From assembly GCA_002269645.1 (NCBI GenBank), contig NIVC01003134.1, forward strand, positions 1 to 64,000: a stretch of DNA of 64,000 nucleotides, in the 5' to 3' direction. The notes beneath the pieces were generated by a model. The model was not told the origin of the DNA, did no database searches, and was given only the letters and a program-made list of their open reading frames with translations. Made by a program: the position numbers and the translations under genes. The DNA comes from Macrostomum lignano (taxonomy: Eukaryota). Shown here one piece after another: positions 1 to 11,745 of this stretch; the stretch's first letter is position 1; the number at the start of each line of letters is the position of its first letter.

Positions 1-1893
1 TACATTCAGCGGACCGGATCTGCGTACAGCGAGCGGGTGACCGAGCAGCTGTGACGGGTTGCTGGGACGCCAACTGCACAGGGTCCGGTCAGGCCCGGGC
101 AGCCAAACTCGACAGGCTTCAAGCCTATGAGCAGCTGGCTGTGAAAGCTTTCCGAGAGTGCGCCTTGCTAGAAACAACCCTTGAAGACTGGAGCTTCATG
201 GAATGCTGCTGGCCAACGGAGCCGAGATTCTGGACGAAATTGCAGATCGCGCGATTAAAGGATTGAATATGCGGCAACAGCTGAGACTCGAACAGCTGAT
301 GCCGGCACAGTCGGCAAAGAGCTTCATCAGCCCGATGATTGTTATACCAGGCGTTGCGAACGGCTGGCAGACCGGCAATTTTGCTGACGTCTAACGATAA
401 TTTTCATGGTCTCAAAGTTGTCGGGCCGTTGTTAAGAAATCTGCCGTTTCAGGCCTACAGAATGATGCGATTGCTGCAGCTTAGATCACGCGGCGGCAGT
501 CTGTTTGGCCTTATACGACGTGCTCAATCCGACCTGCTTCTGTGGAATGATCCCTGCAACCGAACCGCAGAAAGGGTTGTTGCAGACGAATTACCTGTAC
601 AGACGGTGGGCGACGCTAAGCGGCTGCTTCGGCGAGCCAACTTAACCTTCGGTTCGACGAGTTTCTGCGGCTGAACCTTCAGTTGTCGGACATCCGCCTG
701 CTGATGATTTGACACCGCTATGCTGCCAGATACGAAATCTTTTCTGCGTACCGTTTGCGTTCTAGAAAAATGCGGTAGGCGATTCACAGAGCTGCCTAAA
801 CTGATCATACTCAACCAAATCTGCGTGCTGGGCGCTGCAATCTTTTCAACTCCAAAAAATGCCAAATGTTTGGACGTTCTATTTGGAAAAGTAAGAAGCG
901 AGTCATCGAGTTCGACTGTCAACTTTGAAGGAGCATTTCGCCACTGCTGCACGGTCGCTACGCCAGGATGTTAAAAGAGGAGCGTCTCGCAGTTGAAGCT
1001 GAAATCTTTGATATTTTCCGCCGAATCAAGACGGTCTACGCGTCGGCATTGGAGTCACAGACTTGGATTCCTGAGCCCGACAAGGCCGTGTTGAAGCGAC
1101 GACTGCAGCAAACTAAGTTGAGTTTTTTCACAGAGCAAGTCAGCGAGACTGCTCTGGTGCAGCATTTTGGCGAAGCGTTTGACTCGATGCCACCCAGAGG
1201 ATGCACAATATTAGTTAGCCCGGCTTGCTTTCTAGTCCGAGCTTTGGCTCTTCAACATTACCTGATCTTTCGAACAATGGAGGAAACTTTTGACCAGGAA
1301 TCGCCGCATTATAACGCATATCAGAAGGCGGTGATTCTGACGCCAGCTTTCTTAGAATATCCGCATTATCTGTCAGACCAGCCAGCGGCAGTCAGTGTCG
1401 GTACTCAAGCGCTGGTGCTCGCTCACGAGCTCACGCACGCTGTATTTGGTTCATTCAATCAACATGACGATGGTATGTAAACGCCTCATATTGTGCCCGA
1501 CTCCAGGAGAAGCACGCTTGCCTCAGACAAAGTCTGCTTCTCCGACTGGGCTTCAACAAGACCAACGTTAAGGAGGACTTCGCAGACAGGATCGGTCTGT
1601 CGGTGACTATCGAACTTCTAGCTGAGTCGGGCATCGACCAACAACTTCCAGGATTCATGGAGCGCTACTCACCGCAGCAGCTGCTCTACATTGCCAGCCT
1701 GCGGACTTTTTGCTCGAAGAGTAGCCAAGAGTTCCTACATCACTTCATGGAGACTGGCAGCGAGACGTGGAGCCACACGCCAGGCAGACTGCGCATACGG
1801 AGCCTCATCTCCGGCGATGACGACTTCTTCAGAGCGTTCGGCTGTCCGACTTCCCAGCCCGAGCTCGCCTCCGATGAGTGCCGTCTGTGGTAA
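1..1893 (+). pseudogene. M13 family (neprilysin/ECE-like) zinc metallopeptidase, intronless, broken by several frameshifts (pseudogene or consensus errors); 5' part probably outside the window
   Basis: ORF 968-1480 has LAHELTH (HExxH). The +1 frame is open from 1468: WYVNASYCARLQEKHACL...TNVKEDFAD (ExxxD third zinc ligand)...SHTPGRLRI...FFRAFGCP...CRLW-stop, the typical M13 C-terminus. Upstream pieces lie in other frames (203-394, 720-974). Confidence 0.8.
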
Positions 1894-3291
1894 AAAGAGA
1901 CAGTAAAATGAAAAATAAGCATCCCCTATGTGTTGATGGCCTCCTCAATATCCTGTTGCAAAGAATGAATTTTCAACAGAGTTTGGATATTCAATAGAAC
2001 AATATGAAGAACTTAGGCGTGCCTATTTTTCATTCATTGTTTTGCACTGAATAAAGTTTTTTCTCGTGAAGTACAATCCTGTAATTAGCAAAATCAAAAG
2101 ATGCTACTCAAGCTTATAGATTTCGAAATATGCGGCCGGTTTTTTGCAGAAAAAAGATCGTAATTTTAATTTTTGACGGTAACGGAAGTCCAAACTTTCG
2201 GACTTCCGAATAGTGAATGAACCAAGTAGATTCCAGGGAGAGTCTTCTTCTTGAATTTTGCCAGACAGAAAAGCATGGATAGGCATGCGCAAGATTCTCA
2301 GTATCCTACTTTTCAGATTTTAAATATACTCAGCAAAATTAAAAAGTCACCAGCTTTGAGAGTGCGGAGTAAATTCTAGGCCCAGTATTGACTTTTGAGT
2401 GACGCTATTGCGCCACGCGATGCAGAGTTGGGCTGGTATACTCGACTTATATATTCGACAACTATTTATTGTACTCGTAGAAAGGGACTAAAACGCCAGA
2501 GCAGTACAGAGAGAAGACAAAATAACGCCAGAGCAGCGCAACCCCTATGAAACACACAAATCAACCCAGCAAACAACCCAGACACATTTCACACGCCACC
2601 ACAATTTCGAATAGAGGCAACATGTGGCATGAAAAGCATATCGAATAAGGACTTTCTGTAAAACAGACAGTTAAACTACTTTACTCAGGAATTATTGTAG
2701 AAAGTGCATCGGATTTAGATTATAGGCACGTGATATTACATAGCTTTTCTGTGGAGAATTACTGAATAGTCATTGGTAGAAAACCCAGACAATAGATCCA
2801 AATTTTATTTCCTTCTGAAACTAGTGGATAAAACAAGTGCACTACGAGAATATTACACTTATGCATTACTTTATTTTGCTCACAGAATAAGAAAAAAAGC
2901 TGATTTTTTGGCCGATACAAAGAGTAAGTCAGTTCAGAAATTTATAGTATAATTTTTTAAGCCTCGACAGGAAGCGTCACCATGCAAAAACAGAGATTCC
3001 GTTTTAAATTCAAAAAGCTTCAGTGAATCGCTATCAACTTTTTCAAGCTGAATTTGCTGATGTATTCATGCGATATGGTTTTTCACCGGCAGTGCGGGAC
3101 TGCATTAGGCAGCCTAGCTGCGTATGAAACAATGCATTTTGAGCAGGGCTTGACGCTGCATGGTGGGAGAGTCGGCAGTTAGCTGCCTATATACGTCCGG
3201 TTTGAGCCTCTCAACTCGCATCTCCACCACCGATTTGTGCGGAAAACGTAATAGAGATTATTATTGAATGAGAAAAAATGGCTGGCTTTGT

Positions 3292-3932
3292 TAACAGTTC
3301 CTGCTCGGTCAGTGGAAACTGGGTTTGTCTAACAGTTCTGCTCGGTCAGTGGAAACTGGGTTTATCTAACAGTTCCTGCTCGGTCAGTGGAAACTGGGTT
3401 TGTCTGGCAGTTCCTTCTCGGTCAGTGGAAACTGGGTTTGTCTAGCAGTTCCTGCTCGGTCAGTGGAAACTGGGTTTGTCTAGCAGTTCCTTCTCGATCA
3501 GTGGAAACTGGGTTTGTCTAACAGTTCCTGCTCGATCAGTGGAAACTGGGTTTGTCTAACAGTTCCTGCTCATCAGTGGAAACTGGGTTTGTCTAACAGT
3601 TCCTTCTCGGTCAGTGGAAACTGGGTTTGTCTAACAGTTCCTTCTCGTCAGTGGAAACTGGGTTTGTCTAGCAGTTCCTTCTCGATCAGTGGAAACTGGG
3701 TTTGTCTAGCAGTTCCTTCTCGGTCAGTGGAAACTGGGTTTGTCTAACAGTTCCTGCTCGATCAGTGGAAACTGGGTTTGTCTAGCAGTTCCTTCTCGGT
3801 CAGTGGAAACTGGGTTTGTCTAGCAGTTCCTTCTCGGTCAGTGGAAACTGGGTTTGTCTAGCAGTTCCTTCTCGGTCAGTGGAAACTGGGTTTGTCTAAC
3901 AGTTCCTTCTCGGTCAGTGGAAACTGGGTTTG
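3292..3932. repeat. 38-bp minisatellite, about 17 copies
   Basis: Unit CAGTTCCT(G/T)CTCGGTCAGTGGAAACTGGGTTTGTCTA(A/G), head-to-tail, no spacers. Confidence 0.95.
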
Positions 3933-4706
3933 ATGCTTTAGCATCAAGGGGCGCCAGAGCCATTAAAAACACTTGTTTAAACACTGTTTGCATAGCTGGC
4001 TTCATTAGACAATGCACTGGTTTTAACAAAATTTTTCTACAAGACGTTTTTATTTGAGAACAATTTTGACGAGTTACGAGTGCTTAAAAGAGCTTATCGA
4101 TACATTATGGTCGTTTTTGCCCAAGCAGTCAATCAATATTATCAGCATAGCGCCAAGTGAGGATTGACACAGATAGCCAGACCGCGGCCGTTTCACACTG
4201 GATCAAATGGATTTTGGCCATAGACATTCTCAGCCGACAGGACTGTCGAGCGTTTATTTAAACCTCGCTTCAATACGCCTTAGGCCTGCTAGATGCAATA
4301 TGGCTAGAAATACTAGAAACGCGTTTCCAGATAGATGGTTACTTTGCCTAGAAAATGCAGTGTTAATATAATAGATTCTTAGAAAAATTATTACAATATA
4401 AATCATACATTTTTGACATGTTAAAAAAAGAACATTAAATTTGTAAGTAAATTGTTTTCAAACTCAAGTAGATTGATATGAAATAGTTCGCTTTGCGATT
4501 AGCGAATGTTTAAAATAGAGATCTTATGACGCGTTTTGATTTATAGCACATTAAAGTTGCCTAGCAGCAATCGTCACACTGCACTTCCAGTCAGCGAGCC
4601 CAGATTCTCCTTCCATTGCCAAAACTGCTGCTGTTGTTGAAGATGCAATTGCTGCTGCTGCTGCTGCTGGAGATGCTGCTGGATGAGGCTGATCGAACGC
4701 CGATGC

Positions 4707-5133
4707 TCAAGACTGTTGAACCATCGCTGACGATCTAGAAAGATAATTTTTGTGTAGTCGTTTATAAAATCAAAATTCTACAGATAAATGTTTATTATTC
4801 TACTATTTAAACTAGTAGTAAGACGGCATGTGTATTTTATTTTTAAAAGAAACTGCTGAAGGAAACGTAATTATTATTTTCAGTAGCGTCAATAACTAAA
4901 AGAATCAGTAATTAGGGCTATCGTTAAAATATCAACCATGCTCCTGACACTTACGCAACACGCATACCTACCTGTTGCTCTTATCAACTAAAGCAGAAGA
5001 CGAGCAAGTTTTGTTGCTGGACAATTTTCACTGAAGAATTCATTTCGAGATAGAAAGTTCCCAGTTCCCAGCTCATTCGTTCTTTGTTCCTTTCTATTAA
5101 GAGGCTTTTTCCAGATGAATTTTCTCGTGACCC
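4707..5133 (-). CDS. Candidate terminal exons of the Notch-like gene (5133-4972 and 4734-4707)
   Basis: Acceptor CTAG|GGG at 5134, then an open frame (R)VTRKFIWKKPLNRKEQ...VDKSN, donor AG|GTAGGT at 4971 and acceptor TTCTAG| at 4735. Phases are compatible with the upstream candidate exon. No recognisable domain. Confidence 0.35.
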
Positions 5134-5504
5134 CTAGCTTAGTAAAACAAAACTGTTCAATAATTGGTGATTAAAAAGTCAAAGGGTGAGCGTGTGTACA
5201 CGCTGTACACCCTGTGTGATCGTGTGTACGAGTGCAAGCCTGCGTACAGTATGGGAGCGCTATGTATGTACTCAGGGGTCACCGGAATGGGCATAATTGC
5301 CGTCAGTACTGATTGTGGGAAGATGTAGTGCTAACAACCCGGTTGCAAATATTATTGATATATATTATTTGGAAGGCTAGGAGGTGCTAAAATCCAGCGC
5401 TAAAAAGCTGAAAACATCATATATGTCTTGCCAATGCATTTTGCAGCAAAATTTACACGATGGTCGAGCGTCATTGTACAAGCGTACAAGTGTCACAAGC
5501 GTAC

Positions 5505-5925
5505 TTCTCTTTCTTGGCTTCCACCAACAGTCGTCGCGGCTCCGCTCTGCTGCCAGCCCGCTGGGGGACGGTTCTGACGGTCCTGCAGTTGCCGGTCCCG
5601 AAGCTGCTGAACACGTAGCAGCAGTAGCAGCAGTTGTTGTTGTTGCTGCAGACATTGGCAACTCAGAGAAGTCCGAGTCAGTTGCCGGATGCAGACTCAA
5701 GCTGCCTGGCGACGAGGCCGTCTGGACAAATTTGATGGTTTTTGTAGAAAGAAGAAAACTGTTTGATGCTTGGCGATGCTTGGAGCTGATCGAAATCAGC
5801 GATTAGATGAGTTGGCGAGATAATGGGACAGGCGTTAAAAGTGATGGGCATCCTGGCATCTAATGCGGCTGCTGTCATCGGTGCTGCCAAATCTGCTTTT
5901 GGGCCTGTCAGACTCAATCTTGTGT
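5505..5925 (-). CDS. Candidate intracellular exon of the Notch-like gene (low complexity, probably frameshifted)
   Basis: Acceptor TGTAG| at 5926 joins the phase-1 end of the TM exon (G|AC = Asp) into ORF 5678-5917. ORF 5377-5700 continues in another frame to ...DDCWWKPRKR, with a possible donor A|GTACGC at 5504. Confidence 0.4.
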
Positions 5926-6178
5926 CTACACTAGACTGCTTGCTATCTTGTGCATGTTTTGCTTCTTTTATTAATAGTTGCTAACTAGATTAGCGTGAGC
6001 AATGGATACTCTGCAGAGCGTCTCTTTGCACCGAGTCTTGTTGGGTACGAGCTAGTAAAAGGCTAGGCTGGTTAGTGCGAAAGCAGAGGAAAGCAAAAAT
6101 TCTCATTTTTTCCCATTACGAGTAGTTCGAAGGCTTTTAGACTGATCTAATGATTTCGGATAGGATAGTTGGATAGTT

Positions 6179-6302
6179 GGATAGGGTCTGATGGTGTTGG
6201 ATAGGGTCTGATGGTGTTGGATAGGGTCTGATGGTGTTGGATAGGGTCTGATGGTGTTGGATAGGGTCTGATGGTGTTGGATAGGGTCTGATGGTGTTGG
6301 AT
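6179..6302. repeat. 20-bp minisatellite, 6 copies (intronic)
   Basis: Unit GGATAGGGTCTGATGGTGTT. Confidence 0.95.
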
Positions 6303-6497
6303 CGAACCTTAACTAGGCAGATGAAACCTTCTGTCGGTAGTCGCTCGTATGAGTCAGCGTTGGTTATAAGTATAGTTAATTGTAGGAAAAGTAATATGAG
6401 TTAGTTATATATAATAATATTTAATATACTATACATAAATCCATATACTAATAGCTAATCATAATGCATTTCAGAATCAAAATCGGTAGTCACTCAC

Positions 6498-8260
6498 CTG
6501 ACCCAAAGCGAGTCTCTGAGCTCGGTAGGCCATCGTAGGAACTGGAAGCTGCGCCGGTGACTGATAATGATGCGGCTGCAGCCGGTGCAGCGGCAGCGGA
6601 GAGCCGCTCAGGCTGGCAGCTGGCGGTGGAGCCATCGAGGCTGAATCCACCGTGCCAGTCGCCCGCCACAGGCGAGGCGGTCAGGCTTAGCGGCCCGTGA
6701 CTCGCGCCTGCCGACGACACCCACGGAATCTTCCTGCTTCATTGTTGCCGTCCGTCTCGGCCACGACGCCGCCTCGGCGCATGGCGCTGAGAAGGAAACC
6801 GAGCAGCAGGCCCAGCACCAGCAGGCAGGCGGCTGCCACTGCGCTGGCAGCAGGAAGCTGCCGACTCCGCCAGAGCGACTCACTCCGATCACGCCGCCGC
6901 CCCGCCGCCGCCGCCCCCGCCGCCGCTCCTGTTGCGGCCGCCACCGCTACCCGCCGCAGACAACTGGCTGTCACCGCTGCCAACCGAAGTAACCCGACGC
7001 AGCCGCAGGGGCAGCAGCAGGCGGCTGGACATGACCCCGGCCGCCACCGCCTGGGCTGCGAAGTTTGCGCTTCGATAGCAGAAATCGGTCAGCGACGCGT
7101 CTTGATTGGCGTCAGCGGCTGACGAGCTGGAAAAAATCTTGGCGTCCAAGCAAGCGTCCAGCTGGAATCTGACCAGCGATGCGTCAGCCGAGCCGGGACG
7201 GTGGCGGCCACCGGAGGCTGGACAAGTCGCAGAAGCGTGCCCAGGTTGCGGGACAGACTTCGCGTCAGCGAACGGATGGCCTCGGACGCTTCGGCTGGAG
7301 ACGCCGCCACCTCCAGTTCCAGCAGCTCGCTAGCAGCAGTTTTGTCGAGTTGGGATTCGCGCCACATCGAAGCAGTCGCGTCGGCGGATGTCTTTGAAGA
7401 CGACTGCGGCGCTGCTGCTGCCGCCGGCGACTGGGACGGCGGAGCGGCCGCCGGCTCAGCGCAGTCACCGCCGTCCAACAGACAGGCGGGACTGTCGCAG
7501 CCTCGGTCGCAGCTGCCGTCGGCGAAGTGATCGGCGCAGTAGCGATAGGGACACGGGTCCGAGTCGGGCTTCGCTCTCGCCGACAGCCGATCGTCTCGAC
7601 AGTCGCCGCCGTCGAACAGGCAGGCCTCGGTGTTGCAGACTGTGTTGCACTCGCCGTCTGCGTACACCGAGTCGCAGGCGGCCAAGCCGAGCCTCATAGC
7701 GGTGCAGTTCACCCACGGCCGAGCGCCCAGGCCGCCGCAGTCGCCCCGTCCCAGTCGCAGGCCGGCCCGCTGCAGCGCCTGTCACAGCGACCGTCGCCTG
7801 CGAGGACGTCGCAGCCGGCCTCGCGACAGCGGTTGCGCGCCTCCGCGAACGTCGGGCACCGTTCCGCGCAGGTGGGGCCGCACAGACCCGGCTGGCAGTG
7901 GCAACGAAAGCCGCCGCCAAGGCGAACCTGCCGGCAGGTTGAGGCGGCGCCGCGGCACGGCGATTCGTCGCAGGCGGAGCCGATGAACTGGCAGTGCTGA
8001 CCGGCGCGACCGGGCGGGCAGAGGCAGGCGGGACCAGCCGAGCTGTCGAAGACGCAGCGACCGCCGCCGAGACACACGACGCTGTCGCACGGGTCTACGC
8101 GTCGATGGCAGAGCGGACCGGAGAAGCCCGGCTTGCAGGTGCAGGTGAAGCTGCTCAGACGGTCGGACGGACCTCTGCGGAGGCAGCGAAGGGTGCCCGC
8201 TGGGCTGCACGGACCGAGGCTGTTCGCGCATTCACCCGTGTCACCTTGACAGTACGGGCC
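6498..8260 (-). CDS. Notch-like receptor exon: 3 EGF, 3 LNR, NOD, NODP, TM and start of the cytoplasmic tail; about 5 single-base frameshifts
   Basis: Acceptor TTGCAG|GGCCCG (GPYCQ) is in frame with the upstream GFQ. LNRs: ...GDGRCDRRCSGPACDWD[G]GDC, ADGECNTVCNTEACLFDGGDC, FADGSCDRGCDSPACLLDGGDC. NOD: IRSLTRSLSRNLGTLLRL. NODP: FCYRSANFAAQAVAA. TM: AVAAACLLVLGLLLGFLL, then MRR. Donor CAG|GTGAGT at 6497. Confidence 0.9.
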
Positions 8261-8445
8261 CTGCAAGGAAAGGTCGTTTATGATATTCAATACTAGAAAA
8301 CAAAGATACGAGCTACTTCGAAAAATTGTGACAGAAATTTTGTTCAGACATTTGTGGTTTCGGTGTATCTCAAAACTTTCAGTACGCCCCTCGTAGTTTT
8401 TAGGTGTTGAATTTAGGAGTTTTGATCATGTTTAGGTAAGCTGAA

Positions 8446-9016
8446 GTGGGTAACCGTAGATGGGGTGGGTGGCGGAGGATGGGGTGGGTAGCGGAGGATG
8501 GGGTGGGTAGCGGAGGATGGGGTGGGTAGCGGAGGATGGGGTGGGTAGTGGAGGATGGGGTGGGTAGCGGGGGATGGAGTGGGTAGCGGAGAATGAGGTA
8601 GGTAGCGGAGGATGGGGTGAGTAGCGGGGGATGGGGTGGGTAGCGGAGGATGGGGTGGGTAACGGAGGATGGGGTGGGTAGCGGAGGATGGGGTGGGTAA
8701 CGGAGGATGGGGTGGGTAGCGGGGATGGAGCGGGTAGCGGAGAATGAGGTGGGTAGCGGAGGATGGGGTGAGTAGCGGAGGATGGGTGGGTAACGGAGGA
8801 TGGGGTGGGTAGCGGAGGATGGGGTGGGTAGCGGAGGATGGGTGGGTAGCGGAGGATGGGGTGGGTAGCGGAGGATGGGGTGGATAGCGGAGGATGGGGT
8901 GGGTAATGGAGGATGTGGTGGGTAGGGAGGATGGGGTGGGTAATGGAGGATGTGGTGGGTAGGGAGGATGGGGTGGGTAGCGGAGGATGGGGTGGGTAGC
9001 GGAGGATGGGGTGGGT
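8446..9016. repeat. 19-bp G-rich minisatellite (intronic), copy 1
   Basis: Unit GGGGTGGGTAGCGGAGGAT. Confidence 0.95.
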
Positions 9017-9554
9017 GCTGCTGTGTTGGGCAATTAGAGAGAATTTTGGTACGAGCTACAGTGCAGAACGGGAAGAGCAAGCATAAATGACAGAGTTAAG
9101 GCGTATTGATTGCGATTGTGAGCTGGGAACAGAGGATAGAAATGAAGAGAAACAAAGGAGATGATTAACCCATTAACTAAAAATAAATAAATTAGCTATT
9201 GGAATTGGTGCAGAAAACTTTTGCGATCCGGAAATAGAATCGGATTGATACAGATACCTGGCTATCCAGAGGGTCAAAAGTGAGTCTGCTCTTCATTTAG
9301 TCTAGTCACCTTGTTTCTTCCAATCTAAGTAAACATCTGCTTTCATTAAAAACCTAAAAATAATTAGAACTTTGATCTCACAAAGGCAGGTAGCTTAGGT
9401 CAAACAGGTTGCTAAGGTGGCTGATTAAAGCGGATGATGAGGCGGCAAAAAGATCGGATTAGGGCTTAGGGAACTTCTGATGTAGGGTGGGTGACAAGTG
9501 TCAAACCTTGAGAATAGAATGAGCAGAAAACAGTGAAAAACAGAGCAACGTCCG

Positions 9555-10760
9555 GTGAGAAGTGAAGACTGCAAATTAAAGGTGTGACAGTTGACTAGGT
9601 AGCAGTGAAGAGTGACGGGTGAGGAGTGAAGAGTGACGGGTGAGAAGTGAAGAGTGACGGGTGAGGAGTGAAGAGTGACGGATGAGGAGTGAAGAGTGAC
9701 GGGTGAGGAGTGAAGAGTGACGGGTGAGGATTGAAGACTGCAAAGTAAATGTGTGACAAGTGACGGGTGAGGAGTGAAGAGTTTGACGGGTGAGGAGTGA
9801 AGAGTTTGACGGGTGAGGAGTGAAGAGTGACGGGTGAGGAGTGAAGAGTGACGGGTGAGGAGTGAAGAGTGACGGGTGAGGAGTGAAGAGTGACGGGTGA
9901 GGAGTGAAGAGTGACGGGTGAGGAGTGAAGAGTGACGGGTGAAGAGTGAAGAGTGACGGGTGAAGAGTGAAGAGTGACGGATGAGGAGTGAAGAGTGACG
10001 GGTGAGGATTGAAGACTGCAAAGTAAATGTGTGACAAGTGACGGGTGAGGAGTGAAGAGTTTGACGGGTGAGGAGTGAAGAGTTTGACGGGTGAGGAGTG
10101 AAGAGTTTGACGGGTGAGGAGTGAAGAGTGACGGGTGAGGAGTGAAGAGTGACGGGTGAGGATTGAAGACTGCAAAGTAAATGTGTGACAAGTGACGGGT
10201 GAGGAGTGAAGAGTTTGACGGGTGAGGAGTGAAGAGTTTGACGGGTGAGGAGTGAAGAGTTTGACGGGTGAGGAGTGAAGAGTGACGGGTGAGGAGTGAA
10301 GAGTGACGGGTGAGGAGTGAAGAGTGACGGGTGAGGAGTGAAGAGTGACGGGTGAGGAGTGAAGAGTGACGGGTGAAGAGTGAAGAGTGACGGGTGAAGA
10401 GTGAAGAGTGACGGATGAGGAGTGAAGAGTGACGGGTGAGGATTGAAGACTGCAAAGTAAATGTGTGACAAGTGACGGGTGAGGAGTGAAGAGTTTGACG
10501 GGTGAGGAGTGAAGAGTTTGACGGGTGAGGAGTGAAGAGTTTGACGGGTGAGGAGTGAAGAGTGACGGGTGAGGAGTGAAGAGTGACGGGTGAGGAGTGA
10601 AGAGTGACGGATGAGGAGTGAAGAGTGACGGATGAGGAGTGAAGACTTTGACGGGTGAGGAGTGAAGAGTGACGGGTGAGGAGTGAAGAGTGACGGGTGA
10701 GGAGTGAAGAGTGACGGGTGAGGAGTGAAGAGTAACGGGTGAGAAGTGAAGAGTTACGAG
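9555..10760. repeat. 21-bp minisatellite with periodic higher-order inserts (intronic)
   Basis: Unit GTGAAGAGT(TT)GACGGGTGAGGA, interrupted four times by TTGAAGACTGCAAAGTAAATGTGTGACAA; a degenerate copy of the insert lies at about 9560-9590. Confidence 0.95.
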
Positions 10761-11217
10761 TGCAGTGTGAAGAGTGTAAGAGGTAGAGTGAACTTGAAAA
10801 ATGTGAATAGCAGCGGTGAATAATAAAATTTGATCAGTAGTAAAACAGTGAAAATAGTAAAGTACACTTGATAGAGCCGAAAGTCAGGCAGACTCTGGCA
10901 AAAAGATCACGCAATAATGCTACAAAAACCTCCTGCTCATTATCCATGGACTTCGTGCTGTTTTTCCGTAGCAGAACATTTTTTGTTTGAATTAGCATCA
11001 ACTCAACTTCAGGGATGGGAAAGTTATTAAATCATTTTATAGAAAGAAAAGATATGGGCCTGTGCCCGTGCGTCTTTACTGTGCTTGCTCTGGCTCTCAG
11101 ATCCTTGGGGAAGCGTATTTCCCGAAAACGGATGGACTTTATAAATGGAGCCGTTACCTAATAAGAATTAAGTGACTAATAGTGCATTGCAATGTCAGGT
11201 ACGTTTGTAGTATTTGG

Positions 11218-11745
11218 TAGGACGGGGTGGGTAACGGAGGATGGGGTGGGTAGCGGAGAATGGGGTGGGTAGCGGAGGATGGGGTGGGTAGCGGAGAATG
11301 TGGTGGGTAGCGGAGGATGGGGTGGGTAGCGGAGAATGTGGTGGGTAGCGGAGAATGGGGTGGGTAGCGGAGGATGGGGTGGGTAGCGGAGAATGGGGTG
11401 GGTAGCGGAGGATGGGGTGGGTAGCGGAGAATGGGGTGGGTAGCGGAGGATGGGGTGGGTAGCGGAGAATGGGGTGGGTAGCGGAGGACGGAGTGGGTAG
11501 CGGAGGATGGGGTGGGTAGCGGAGGATGGGGTGGGTAGCGGAGGATGGGGTGGGTAGCGGAGGATAGGGTGAATAGCGAAGGATGGGGTGGATAGCGGAG
11601 GATGGGGTGGGTAGCGGAGGATAAGGTGGGTAGCGGAGGATGGGGTGGGTAGCGAAGGATGCGGTGGCTGGCGGGGGATGTGGGGTGGGTAGCGGAGGAT
11701 GGGGTGGGTAGCGGAGGATGGGGTGGGTAGCAGAGGATGGGATGG
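11218..11745. repeat. 19-bp G-rich minisatellite (intronic), copy 2
   Basis: Same unit as 8446-9016, with GGAGAAT variants. Confidence 0.95.

Noticed and set aside
1473-1506. 34-nt GT-AG intron in the M13 gene
   Set aside because: Splicing it gives the wrong frame and a stop; the unspliced sequence encodes the expected W...C-L segment after a single-base frameshift
3292-3932. CRISPR array (38-bp partially palindromic repeat)
   Set aside because: No unique spacers, no cas genes, and a eukaryotic intron-containing context
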